A stretch of 64,000 bases of DNA from positions 124,001 through 188,000 of the forward strand of contig JAQGDQ010000276.1 in NCBI GenBank assembly GCA_030141605.1, given 5' to 3'. Made by a program: the position numbers and the translations under genes. Source of the DNA: Tubiluchus corallicola (lineage: Eukaryota; Animalia; Priapulida). The notes below the pieces were generated by a model. The model did not search any database, was not told the DNA's origin, and saw nothing but the letters and a program-made list of their open reading frames with translations. Below, piece by piece: positions 39,798-53,160 of the stretch (the stretch's first letter is position 1; each line of letters opens with the position of its first letter).

Positions 39798-41819
39798 TAA
39801 TGTTATTATTGTTTCGGTTCATCTACCTGTTTTCCAGCCTGTACAAGCCCTTATTTCATTTTGGCAACAAGATTATCCAAATATTTCTAAACTTAATTAC
39901 AATTATTAGTTTAAAGTTGCAGACAAGATTAGTTGACCAAGACACAATGAAAAAACCTCTTGCCATTTTTATGAATTGAAGTTCATTTTTTAAGCTGAAT
40001 GAATGTACTTTGACAAATAAGCAATATAATGCTACTATCAACAAAAAATTGCTACGTAAACCAAAGTTGGTACCACAGACACAACGCTTTGTAGATAATT
40101 ACAAGTATTAGCACAGTATTTTCGAAACCACGATGGATATTTTAATATAGACGCAAATCCTTGCTTTTTGAAGAAATGCTAATACAAACAGCAAAACAAT
40201 ATTTACATGAATCGTAATTCAAGTGAAGACATTTGTTCCATAGGAAATAATGTAAATGTAACGGCAAAAAACAATTAATGCTTGGCTTATGAGCATTACA
40301 GCAACTTCTGTGCCAAAATTAATGAGTACATTCATTGTTGCGCGATCTGGCTTTTATTCAATGAGCATATTTTCCAATGAGAGACTATTTTTTCCTCTTT
40401 CCGTCAAATGTATAGAACTTTTTTGCACTCTGTAATAAGTTAAAAATAAAGTTTAATTTTGCTGTTCCATGTTTGATATCAAACCTGATTTCATTTCTTG
40501 TAATAGGAATGTTCACTACAGTTTTATGCCAGCCATATATTTCTTTTTGCTGTTACCTGCAAGTTTGAATTATATTGCTACAAACTACCGACTATGGTTT
40601 CCATGTAAATATGTGATTAGTTCATTTTTAGATGCTGTTAACTCTACCTATATAAACTGTTTGTTGCTTGAAAAACTTTGAACTGACTGCTGGGATACTG
40701 CTGCTGAAACGTCTGTCTGCGACGATTTTACAGTTTTTATTAATGAAGTTGTCTTTTAAGAAAACACCAAAATTCCTGTATAAACAATTGAAAAAAGTAG
40801 TATTTTGAAAACATGGCCAAATAAGTCATTAATTTTGCCTTATTTTGTTCCACTTTTCTATGACTTCCAAGTCTTCCATACAGTTCTTTGTTAGCTCATA
40901 AAAGGAAAATAGCTCTCAAAATACAGGTACAGTTCCATCACCAATAAGCAAAATTAAGCATATATACATATTGCAGTAGTCTCTAACTTATTTTTTCGTA
41001 CCAAACATTTACATGTATTGTCTATAGCAAAAATTGCCATCTCTTAATGTTATTATTGTTTCAGTTCATCAACCTGTTTTCCAGCCTGTACAAGCCTTTA
41101 TTTCATTTTGGCAACAAAACTATCCAAACATTTCTAAACTTAATCACAATTATTAGTTTCAAGTTGCAGACAAGATTAATTGACCAAGACCCCATGAAAA
41201 ATTTCTTGCCATTTTTATAACTTGAATTTCATTCCTTTAAGCTGAATGAATGTACTTTGACAAATAAGCAATATAATGCTATTATCAACAAAAAATTGCT
41301 ACGTAAACCAAATTTGGTACCACAGACATAACAATTTGTAGATAATTATAAGTATTAGCACAGTATTTTCGAAACCACAATTGACATTTTAATATAGAAG
41401 CAAATCCTTGCTTTTTTATGTAATACAAACAGCAAAACAATATTTACATGAATCATAATTCAAATGAGCACATTTGTTCCATAGGAAATAATGTAAATGT
41501 AACGGCAAAAAATCATTAGTGCTTGGCTTATGAACGTTACAGCAACTTCTGTGCCAAAAATATGAGTGCATTCATTGTTGCACTATCTTCCTTTTGTTCA
41601 ATGAGCATATTTTCCAATGAAAGAATATTTTTTCTGTTTCTGTAAAAGGTATAGAACTTTTTGCACTCGATTTACTGTTTTGCATTTGTATGAACTGCCT
41701 TTATAAATGACTGCAATAAGTTAAAAATAAAGTTAAATTTGCAGTTCCATGTTTGGTATCAAACCTGATTTCATTTCTTGTAATAGGAATTTTCACTACA
41801 GTTTTATGCTAGCCATATA
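39798..41819. repeat. Local direct duplication: 39798-40539 and 41045-41819
   Basis: Two colinear, highly similar copies from TAATGTTATTATTGTTTC.GTTCATC to CAGTTTTATGC.AGCCATATA; copy 2 has an extra ~45 bp at ~41669-41713. Confidence 0.92.
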
Positions 41820-42303
41820 GATATGCTGAGAATTATTTTTGCAGTCTTGTTCATAGATTCAAATAAAGTGTCTGGTGAACAAATCCATTAATTTCAGTAC
41901 AGTGTAAATGTGACAAATTGGTATTTTATTACAACTGGCAGGCTTATAATTATATGGGAAGATGTGCCTTGGTGCCTGACAGCTGTTATAAATCAGTATG
42001 GTAAATACTCAGACAGTACACGTAGGTTAGGTTTCAAATAAAATTTTAGCACTTAAAATAAAGTTAAAAAAATTATTATAACTAAATGAAATGTTTGCTG
42101 CTAAGTGAGAAAAAAGGCGGCATGAAAAAAGTTTGTGGTCATTAAAACAGCCAAATGAGGAATCATTAAGTAAGGACTTAATCAAATGTATACATCAAAC
42201 AAAACAAAAGTACAAGTAACTTAACAGACAACAATTTTACATTACTCAAATACATAAAACAATCATTCATATTACCAATGATTCTAATCCATGCTTCAGC
42301 ACA

Positions 42304-45300
42304 CTACAAATCATTTTTCTTTATAAATAAAGTCATTTTTTGCTGACCTTTATCTTTTACTATAGTTCTCTCAGGATTCAACTTCTTTAAAATAAGGGTA
42401 AGTGTATTCACCATTTGCTGGCTGGACATCCCTTTACATTTGTTTTTAAACTTTTGCAAAAGATCCTTTGTTGTCATTGGTTTACGCATAAGATACCTTT
42501 TAACAGCATCTTCGGTTATGCCTTCATTAGCTGAACTAACTGGGCTAGCTGTACGTACTTTTTTCGTTGGAATTTCGGAGGCAGCAGCAGACACTATAGG
42601 CCTTTTCTTTCCTTTTTCTAGCAACTTTTTTGCAGCTTCGTTCAAAGTTTTTTGTGGGTCATTACTGATTTGAGGAGTGTTTGGTCGACTATTTGTAGCA
42701 CTACTAGAAGGCGAATTCCGACTGCTCCCCTTTTTCTTTTGTAAAAACAAACTAGAAGTGATGTTTGTATCATCTATATCAGAGTCAGATGTATCAGAAT
42801 CACCAGAGCTAGATGAAACATCATTTTTCTGTTCATACTTCTTGTCCTTATCAGGTGACTCGCTATCTTTTTTCTGAGAATCTTTACTTTCCTCATTTCC
42901 TTCCTCTTCCTCTTCGTCAGCATCATCCCACTGGTCTTCAACTCCCTTCAGTTCATCTTTATATGTTTTTTTATCTTCGTCTAACTCTTCCACAGAAGAA
43001 TCACTTTCAGAAATATAATCAATTTCTACATCATCATAATCTCCTTCATCACTCTCTTCAACAGCTTCTTCATTAACATCTCGGCTTTTTCGATTTTTTT
43101 GCTCTTTTGTCATTTTCTCTTTCCTCGGCTTCTTCTCTTCCTTTGGAGTATCATCATTGTCACCATCATCATCTTCTTCTCCATCAGAATCAGCCCACTC
43201 ATCATGATCAGTTATTCGTAACTTGTCAGCTTTTGAAACTTTCTTGCTTGTCATTTCCTCTGCTTCTTCAGTGATGACTCCTTCACCTTCAGGTTTCAAT
43301 CTTTTTTTAACCATTATAGAGAAGTGGTTCAATATTTTATCTCTCCTGAGCAAAAAACAACAATAATGAACATTTCAACTAAAATTTAGATTCACAGTTT
43401 AAAATAGTATTTATGAAGTAACAAAATGTCCATTTTAAAAATAAGAGAATAATTAGAGAAACAAAGACTAACAAGCAGCATCAATTTGGAAAACAAATAA
43501 TAGTGCATAAAGATGTCAAGACCGGAAAACTGATATTAAACAGAGAAAAAACAATTATAATGTAACTACAACCTACCTTCCAAACTCTTCTTCCGCTTCT
43601 TCCTCATTTAATGTCTTGTATCTTGCAAGTGACGTAAAGTTGTACCAAGCATCTAGTGGAAAAGCCTCAAATGCACCATCACTTGCTTGCTTGAACACGT
43701 AATAAGATGAACTACTACCAATACCTCCTTCCCTGGTGCCCTTATATCTGAAAATATTCAGCTACAGTAACATGACAGAGGTGTTAGGCATACCCAATTA
43801 CATAATAATAATGCACAACTAAACTCAAAGTACAGTCAACTCCATTTAATTCATATCTCTTGGGACCAATGAAAAAATTACAAATTATGGGAAATAGAAG
43901 TTAACTGATTATCTGCAGATAACTAAAACTAGGGGCTATGGCAATGTCTCAAGGGTCCAGGGATATTGACAGTGATATTACTACGGATAATTTAGGTTTA
44001 TAACATTATTATATTTTGATTTTTCAGATTTATAGGCTAGGTACCGTATATGCTCGCATATAAGCCTACATCGCATATAAGCCGACCCCCTAAAACTGCT
44101 TTAAAATGGCCAGTTTTTGCAAAAACCCGTATATAAGCCGACCATCAACTTGTCTAATTTTACTCCATACCCAATCAACAAAATTGATCCCTTTTGTCAC
44201 ATTTTGTTAATTGGGTATTTTTGGTTCATAGAAATTTTACAACTAAAATTATCAAAATTCAGCACACTTTTAAATTCTGTGGCCGCGTGCTCACGTTTGC
44301 CTCAGTTTGCCTCATTGGTTTGCTGTTCCTCTATAAGCCACGTGACCCTCGTCTCCCCACGCGCTGCCTACCAATTGGCTGATGACGTCGGCTTGGTTAC
44401 GGCTCGCAACTGGTGACACACAGTGGTGTATTGCTAAATAAAAAGTAGGTGGACGGCTAGTCTCAAGACTTACCATTTTACATTCACAAATTTGAAAGAA
44501 ATTGACATTAATGAAAACCGTTTTTTGAAAAAATGAAAACAAGTAGATTTAATATTAAACCCGTATACATTTTTAATATTTTTTATCTAATGAATACAAA
44601 AAGCAGACATTTATTGAAATGTGAATTTTTTCTAAAAAAAAAAGTGGGTGGACGGCGATCCCCACAATCCCCCTCCAATACACCACTGGTGACACACAAC
44701 CAAATAAAGAGTCAGATAACGATGAAAATGTGTGGCTGGAAAATTGGCATTAGTGTCTGTCCTTGTGTTCATTTTGTTTCATGCGCATATAAGCCGACCC
44801 CCTGATTTCAGTATCGTATTTTATAGTTCTAAAATCGGCTTATATGCGACTATATATACGGTAAGTCTAAGTCAGTCAGAATCTGCTACTTTTATCGAAC
44901 TATATATTGCCGTCATAAAGCAGCTGCGAGAAATTAGTGCCTAATGTCTAATGTATTAGTTCTAGATACTCAGTTTTTTGCTTAAGGCTGTACTATCCAT
45001 TTTACAAAATAAAAAATATATAATTGCAACTTCTGTTATCCTTATCTTGGTGAATTAGTTGTTGATATAGCAGTTAAACTTACGCTTTCAGCAAGTCCCC
45101 GGGATAATCTCACCCCTTCATTAAAAAGTGGTCTATGCTTTTATCATTATGAAGTTTGCACTCTGCAGCAATGCTAGCTGGCAAAAAGCCACCATGCAGT
45201 ACTGGTGAATCAAGGTTATGAAACAGCTGATGCTACTGAGGCTAATTGTTAAACAAGTTTGCCAGCAAGTTCTAATAAATTATTACATAGTACGTAAACT

Positions 45301-48300
45301 GGTATTAATGGTGCAACATATGTACAATTATTAAATTTTTAGTCCAAACGTAGTAGAAAGAAAAGTCAGTACTGAATATAGTATATCTATATAGTCTACA
45401 TAGTATATATGACTTAAACTGGGAAGTCAGATTGCCAGTAGCTCGCCGGCCCCACATGATACAGGATGGCTTTAGCTTTAATAATTCATAAATTATATAC
45501 GTGTGCTTGCATACCAAAGCCGTCCATAAGTCGGCATAGTTAAAACTTCGTTATGATGCTTCAAAGTAGAATGACCCAAAAATTCGGTCAAATGTCAATT
45601 TTTCTTATTTTATAAAAATCATCGCTAAATATATTGGACTTTCATATTCTAGCATCAAATTATCAAAAAAGTGTTTGAAAAACGCTAAAAATTTAATTTT
45701 ATAACTCCTTACCCAGTTTTCTGTCTAGAAACTAGTAATGCAATTGTAAAAAAACTCCTATTTTCAAACTCCGATTGTAGCTCATGGAAGCTGTCATTTT
45801 GCTTCGGATTTTTTCTGTTGCCAAGCCCAGATCTTCGTCAGGGGGAGTCATCTACTGGATTTAAACAAAACTTTAATGTGCTTTTGCGAAGTCCGTAGCA
45901 ACCAAAGCTTGCACGGTTGCTAAGTGCTTTGTAGAGACGCCACAAAAAACAATGGCTGACTTTAACAGTATCTCAAAGATTATGTTTTTCAGTGCGTAGC
46001 CTGCACCTCAACTTCAAAGTGGATTATCTCAGCTTAGAAATAACATAGAGCAATGAACTTGGTATAAAAATTATCCTCGTGAAATGGAGATTCAGGATAT
46101 GTGAATAACTAGAAAAGCTTAATTGCCGACTTCTGGACGATTTTGCTATGCAAGCACACATATATCATCCATACCCTTTACAACAGAATAGATAGAAAGC
46201 AGAACATGACACAACACGCTTCTAGTGCATACTAAACCATTACTGACCAGTTTTATGATAAAGTTAAATGTAGTAACAGAAGTTAACCACACATATATAC
46301 TACAGTGCGCAGAGGACACAATCAAGTCACCTATTAGCTGTAGTAGCCACATGTGTAGAAAAACGATTGGAAGAACACAGGATATAAGTATAGGAAGATG
46401 TACCATGATTCAAAATCCGCTTGGTCAGCAGCACATCATATTGCCGGGCATCTGCAGTGTACGCTAATGGTATACTTTACGATTATTAACCTAACTTACT
46501 TAAATATGAAATACATGAAAAAACTTACAAATACTAAGCACAGATGGTCCAGGAATTAATAATGTATTAAGCGAAAATGCGAGATATGCGAGAGATTAAA
46601 AGTGATTTTTATTATATGTTAAACAGGACTTTTAGATGTGATACGAACTAACTGAAATTATGAATTAATCAGATCTGTGAGAATTTCTCCCATCTATGAT
46701 TGGAGCTGAAGTCCAAGCCAAGCAAAGGAACCTAAAATTAATCAGGAAGAGAAGTATTTACTCAATTTATGCATATTGCCCTATTTCAGATCACCAGTAA
46801 AATACATTATGTAACTTACATGCTCTGGCCTAGTAGTACATGAGTACATAATGAGATGAGTTAGCCAATAAACGTTAAGTTTATTACTCAAACAATCGGT
46901 CATTCAAACACTTTTAATAATAAGGTAGACACTCACTGATATAAAAAAAGTGGGTACACCACACGTGGTTTTTAGCAACTGGACTATACTGAAATGAATA
47001 TGTTTCTTATCTAATGACATTGCTTGAATTTCAATACACAAATTTTCAAATGAATAGATATTATGGTGCCATATAAAGATTTACCAGCAAGAACGTGATT
47101 ACCCAGTAACTAAAATCACTATCCATAGGATCTATCACCAAAACTATTTATGAATTTGTGAAAATGAGACTAAAGAAAGAATGACCAACCTCTTTCCGTT
47201 TTTTCCACCTACTTTGAGTAACCATGGTTGATCTTCGGGGTTATACTTTTTGGAAATGATGCCATACTTTTTTCTTCTTGCTTCTTCTCTTCGTTCACGA
47301 CCATACTCACTTCCAGCACCAAATTTTGGTATATCTTCATCCGTCTTAAACTGTTTGAGATTGTTTTCTCTGCACATGTGCACCTGAAATATATAAGACA
47401 TGGTTTATTCATCTTTATGTCATAGCTGGTGCTACAAATGTCCATGAAAATAAGCTTCATTCTAATTCGGATTTACACCATGCCACAAAGGCTTAAAGTC
47501 ATGCGAACAAAAGCACATGAAAAAATGCTTGGACATAGCATATATTTTTTTTCTGAAGACAGCTTAGTAATTAGAAAAATAACATAAACATTTTGAAGTA
47601 TGTTGCTAACAATATTGCAAGATAATGAGTCTGCAAAACTCAGCACTTATGATCCAAGACTCACTTAAAATCGTAATTGCCAATTTCCATTATCACCAAC
47701 ATACCAATGTTTGGTATTATGTGGATAACACATCATGATCATAACAAAATGCAAATATTTTAAATACAGGCTTAGTTCATAAAACCCTATAATCTTAAAT
47801 ACCATTGTTATTTAAGCAATACTACACCACATTGGTATACCATAAGCAAAATCTTTATTTACTTTTACATAGAGTTGTCAATGTGATAGCAAAAACCCAC
47901 CTTTACTTACTTTAATATTTAAAAAATAATTGAAATATACGCTATAAACCTATAAACACTACCTGATTCCAAGCTGATATATTAACACCATCTGAACCAT
48001 TAAATCTCATTACACTGTATTTTTTGCTACCTGCAAGTCTAAAACAAAACAAAGAAAGAAACATGTACTAAGAAAGGTAAAATACAGTTTTAAAAAAGCA
48101 AAACTGTGAAAAGACCGAAACTCACATATAGCTAAATATAGTAAACTCCTACAAATCGGGGTTAGCACTTAGCAAAATGTATAAATTATCTGGCATTTTT
48201 GAAAGGTACAAAAAATTTTAAAAAGTACACCTGTAAAAATTATTGGTATTCTGGCACTATTTTCACTAATTAAATCAACCAGTTTGAAAGTTGTCAGATA

Positions 48301-49303
48301 CTTTGTCACATTATTATTATTATTATTATTATTATTATCTGCTGACCAAAAGATGAAATGATTACTTCAGTTATGAACATAATCAAATATTTTTACAATG
48401 CTGCACAGCGGGTGTGCCCTGCAATTGCTCCCTGAATGACCCGAATTAATCTACACAATCTACAGAATCTACTTGCAACAATTATAGATAAAGATAACAC
48501 CTATATTATTCTTACTCCATCAGTGTTAGACTTCAGTGTCTTGTACATCGAGCCTGTTCATACTAGTGCAGTCTCAAGTTCTTGCAGACTAATATACATA
48601 AAAGTGCTAAAAAATCTTAAGATACGTTTTTCCTTGTTAAGTCAGCTTATACTACCAAGTCTCATGCTGAAACTACTGTAACTTGTTACCTTGCTCAGCT
48701 CATATAAATATATCAATAGATAAAAGCACTGGCATAAGACTCAGACAAACAAAGCAAATCTAAATTATAAAAGGCTGAATTATAAGAGTTCACTCTATGT
48801 TATGTATAGGCCTTCTCATGTTACAATCTTAATGACAGTCACATTGTTTCTTAAATTACATATTAATCAATAATATTTACGTTAAACAATAATGTTTACA
48901 TTAAACAAAAACTCTGTCAATTCAGAATTGCTTCAACATTCCAATAATCATGTTGATAAACAATAAAGAAACTAGTATTTGGAAATATACTTACTTTGGT
49001 ATTCGAACAGAAAACTCTTGAGTTTGCCCTACTGATTCTGCTTTTACTGCAGACGAAGGTTTACCTCCCTATAAGTACATATGCTATATAATAAATAAGT
49101 AAAGAAAAAAAACTTAAAATGCAGTCTGTTAGAAAGCAAGTTATGATGACACTATCTATTAGACATTAGAGGAAATTAGAAATGACTTCAATACACTGTA
49201 CTCTGCTAACAGAAAATTACCAGGTTTTCAGTAACTGTAGCACATAGTTTAAATTATTTACCTGATTTGTTTGTTGGTGTAACATTGTAATAGCGTTGCA
49301 CAT
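42304..49303 (-). CDS. GTF2F1: General transcription factor IIF subunit 1 (TFIIF-alpha/RAP74), ~526-532 aa; start codon uncertain
   Basis: Exons 49068-48995 (QTQEFSVRIPK), 48038-47963 (KKYSVMRFN...WNQ), 47383-47190 (PKFGAGSEYGRERREEARRKKYG...DQPWLLKVGGK), 43747-43577 (YYVF...GAFEAFPLDAWYNF...TLNEEEAEEEF), 43345-42304 (acidic/Ser-rich middle; winged helix ITEDAVKRYLMRKPMTTKDLL). Phases are consistent. The first coding exon is tentatively 49303 (or 49285) to 49262, with donor CAG|GTAAAT; this part is less certain. Confidence 0.93.
44044..44861. mobile_element. Tc1/mariner-pogo MITE with TA TSD in GTF2F1 intron
   Basis: TA|CCGTATATGCTCGCATATAAGCC ... GGCTTATATGCGACTATATATACGG|TA, with repeated internal TATAAGCCGACC motifs. 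Confidence 0.85.
44421..44688. mobile_element. 268-bp hAT MITE nested inside the pogo MITE
   Basis: Perfect 13-bp TIR CAGTGGTGTATTG / CAATACACCACTG and perfect 8-bp TSD GTGACACA (44413-44420, 44689-44696). Confidence 0.92.
45500..46160. mobile_element. TIR DNA element (Tc1/mariner-like, TA-flanked) in GTF2F1 intron
   Basis: ~37-bp imperfect TIRs: CGTGTGCTTGCATACCAAAGCCGTCCATAAGTCGGCA vs TGCCGACTTCTGGACGATTTTGCTATGCAAGCACACA, both flanked by TA. Confidence 0.8.
48311..48338. repeat. (TTA)n microsatellite
   Basis: About 9 perfect TTA units; possibly the tail of a minus-strand retroposon. Confidence 0.85.
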
Positions 49304-50716
49304 CCACACACCTTGATTACTTCGACCACTTCCTGAAATAAAACAAAGTATCAACAGATTATAGATGCTATTATTTAAATTTCTAATAGCTTGGCTACAC
49401 CAAATCATCTCTGCAGAATAATCTATCATAAGCTTTAGCCTGTTTAATTCCAGAAGTTACACCAGCCAAATAAATCACCAAACAGTAAAACTTATTAAAA
49501 ATAGTTGATACAGTACCTAGACTAATATAAACGCACAATTTTAAATACAATTGACTAAATATGAACTGCGTCGAAATCCTACTAAACTTAAACTGCACCG
49601 AAAAGCTATTAGCTGAAAAAATACTAATTTAATGAATAGTATCTTGCTAGGCATAAAAGTGTAACAGTTTGTTTAGTAGATCACATATTTTACGTATTTT
49701 CTAGCTCCTAGCTTCTGATTAATCACATTTACTTCGGTTCATTTTGAACTGACCACTTGGCGTAAACCTATTCTGAGTATGCTGAATTATGATTTTTTTT
49801 TCTAGTATGCTAGTCTTCATCCAGTTTTTATACAGACACACTATAGAACCTGTTTGTCCAAGCATAAAAATGGTAAACAAACTCTCTTTAGCTAAAAAAA
49901 TGCTTTAGACAATTATTTAGTGAAAGCTTCAAAGATCTCAGTTGGAAACCTAAAGCTTCTTTCGATGAAACTGTCATGAAACAGATAAATTCCGAGTTTC
50001 TTTACCAGTGTTTGCGTGTAAAGTTCTCAGTTTTTTCCTTCAATTAAAGATTGTTGGCATTGAGGTTTTGTCTCGAGAAATTTAAAGTATTTATGGCTTT
50101 CGAAGTGACTTGATCAACATGTCTGTTCCAGCAGAGGTAATTTGAGATATACATACAGTAAGCCAAGATATACAACAGTATACACACACATGCTTCAGCT
50201 TTAGTAAATAGGGTGTCAATAACTGAATGGATGGTTTTACAAAATATTTAATTATCATAATTTCACACTTGGTAAGATTTAAATATATTAAACTTCATCA
50301 AGCATCATCCATTTAGATCATTCTCACGGAAGAATCATCAGATTACTACTGCCAGTACCAGATTAAAACTGAAAATTCAACAAAACCAAAATTAATGGGC
50401 AATCGATTTAGACAACTTTAAGTTCATTGGCCACAGTTTTACTATTGGGTGCTAATTCACTTCCTAACGCTATTAATTAAAAATTATTTATTATTAATTT
50501 TAAACGAAGTTAAAGTTACCAGTTAGTTACACTTACAAAGGTACAAATTACAGCAGTTTTTCAAAATCTCACATCATTTTAGCGAAATGAACTTGGCGAG
50601 TCCCAATATCAATTCCCAAATATAGTAAAAATTAATACAAAATTATTATTAAAAACTAATTTTTATCTATGCACCTACTAAGCTACTAACCACTAGTAGC
50701 CACTAACCAACCAGTT

Positions 50717-51529
50717 TGTAGGGCGCCGAGTTATCCACTAGCCGAAGAAGGACACTTCCGGCAAAACGCATGTGCCAAATTTGGGTAAAAGCAGTGTCGT
50801 ACATGGGCAGCCCAAGCAGGACATTAGGGATTTCTGTCGAGAATCGAGATTTATGACATACTAAAACATAAAAGTAAATTCGTTTTTAGAAAAAAAGTAA
50901 CTTTATAATAATGATGGGTAGTCCTTCACAATTCACATATGTATTTTTGCAACAATATCATCATTATTATTAGCTCCATCAACATCAGCATAACATTAAA
51001 CTAAGTATCTATTGCTTTAAAGAGAGAAACTATGTAGGACACATGACTCGCTAACCCGTTTATTTAGTAGAAAACAATTATTTGTCCAAGAGGGAGTGAA
51101 AGGGATCACCTGTCTGTAAAGCAAGACAAAATAAAAAATGCTATACCTTAAACAAATGTTGGAATCGCCTAAAAAGTGCACTTATTTCACTTCAAAGAAG
51201 ATTAATATTGGCAAATATTAATTCTTCTAGCTCAGAATAAAATTCTTTTATTTTATCAGATGTATAATAACTTATTCAACGTATATTGACGTTTTTAATT
51301 ATTATTATTCCATAAACAAGGACAACGGACGGTGCCACTACGCTTAACGAATCAGTTCGCCCGCTTCTAGTGTCCTACTTGGGCAGCGAATTTACGACGC
51401 GTTCTACTTGAGCTAGCCTATGTACGACGCGTCCTACCTGGGCTAGCCCATGTACGGCGCGTCTTACTTGGGCTAGCCCATGTACGTCAATTGTCCTATT
51501 TTGGCTAATGGATTACTCGGCGCCCAACA
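50717..51529. mobile_element. TGT..ACA-ended MITE with 5-bp TSD (Ginger-like), copy A
   Basis: TIRs TGTAGGGCGCCGAGTTATCCACTAGCC / GGCTAATGGATTACTCGGCGCCCAACA; perfect TSD CAGTT (50712-50716, 51530-51534); three 30-bp tandem subterminal repeats at 51391-51486; interior homologous to 54446-55359. Confidence 0.85.
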
Positions 51530-53160
51530 CAGTTAAAACTTGCCACACAAGATAATAAGAAATCTTTGTCTCAATCAATAGTAATGAGCTTATTTCACGT
51601 CTTTTACTTTTTCACATTACGACGTGCCAAATTCTTTGTCCAATGCCTACTGCCTAGTGAGGAGTGGCTGCGTGGTGACAGTGAGCTACCTATGGCTATG
51701 ACGGTTCTCTCAAGTTTTAATTAAAAATAGCACTTTGGTTAATGGTTTATTAACTTTTTGTTTTACTTCTTAATTCTATTAAGTGATTTATAAATTAATT
51801 TAATATGACATCAATTAACACCACACACAAACAAGAAAAAGAGACACACAACTGCAAATCATGCAATCTACATTGCACACGCATACACACTTACACCAAA
51901 GGAAAAGGGTCATCAGGTGAGGCACAGGGAAAGATTAAGATTTCAGTCCACACTCACTGTCTGCAAACTCTACCTGCAGACCCAGTCCCATTTATTGCCC
52001 AGATGTTAAAGTGATAACTACAGACATAATACCAAGCACACACAGAACATCAACATAAACTAACTGCAACAATGGCAAAAAATGAGAAGGGGCTCCTACA
52101 GCATGACCACAGAGCGACAAAAGGCTAGACAAATTTCTCGTCACCAAAATCACATCAAGGTAACAGCTGCTTGCCTAATTGAATACAAACCAAACTTAAA
52201 CAAAAAATGACGGTTTTTAAAAATATTTTCACAAGATTGTCGTAGATAACTCTCTATTTGACATAATTTGATACATCCTAGTTGGCCTAACCAAAAACCT
52301 CTCCTTACTTGAACATAACCTGGCATACCTTGACCAGAAAACACATTATAACCTATCTTAAGTGGAATATTGCTAGAAGGAGAAAATACATAACAACAGA
52401 AAAGTTATTTTAATATTTCGTTTAGAACTGAGAAAAAATTAAAAACATATGCCTCCCAAGTCCCAATATCATTAGTCATCATATCGATATCATAATAATT
52501 TTTGTTCTTCCGGGCATACCCGACTGATTTTAATAATTGTTCCATATCATAGCCAGAGCTGTAAATAACTCGAATTTCGGAAAAGAAAGTTTATCTGTGT
52601 ATTCTAAGTAACAAGCCCTCATTCTGTACCTTTTAGGAATTCAATACTATAATTACACAGTTCCCACAAGATTCGCTTAATATGGTAAATGCAATCAAAA
52701 GTAAATATGGCTAGCAGTAGGTGCATGAACTTCAATTTGGTTATCTTATTTTTCAAAACCATTTTGAGAAACATTACATTGGAAAACGTCTAAAGAAATC
52801 TTGGATTCAAGTCCATCAATATAGTGTTAACCAATTAAGAGTCATAGTGACTATTTGATTATGCATAAAAACATGTACCCTGACATGACTGATTAGACAC
52901 TGGTCAGTTACTCAATGGCAGCCAACCAGTAACATAGTTCAGTTTAAACTGTAATTATTCAATAACAAGTGTGGTGAATATCTGTTGAGCCACTGCTGGA
53001 TCAGCATCAACAGCTAATCCATTGCTATCATCATTAAATTTTACTAAGTGATTGAATTATTTGTGACTGGCTGTCATTGCTAACATCAATGCGAGTAACT
53101 ACTTAGCGATTATGGAATCAAGCAGCTTTAACTACTTTGTTAGCTTAATCTATTTGGCTG

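Noticed and set aside
51391-51486. Palindromic 30-bp direct repeats resembling a CRISPR array
   Set aside because: The repeats are contiguous with no unique spacers, lie inside a TIR/TSD-bounded element, and there are no cas genes in this eukaryotic DNA.
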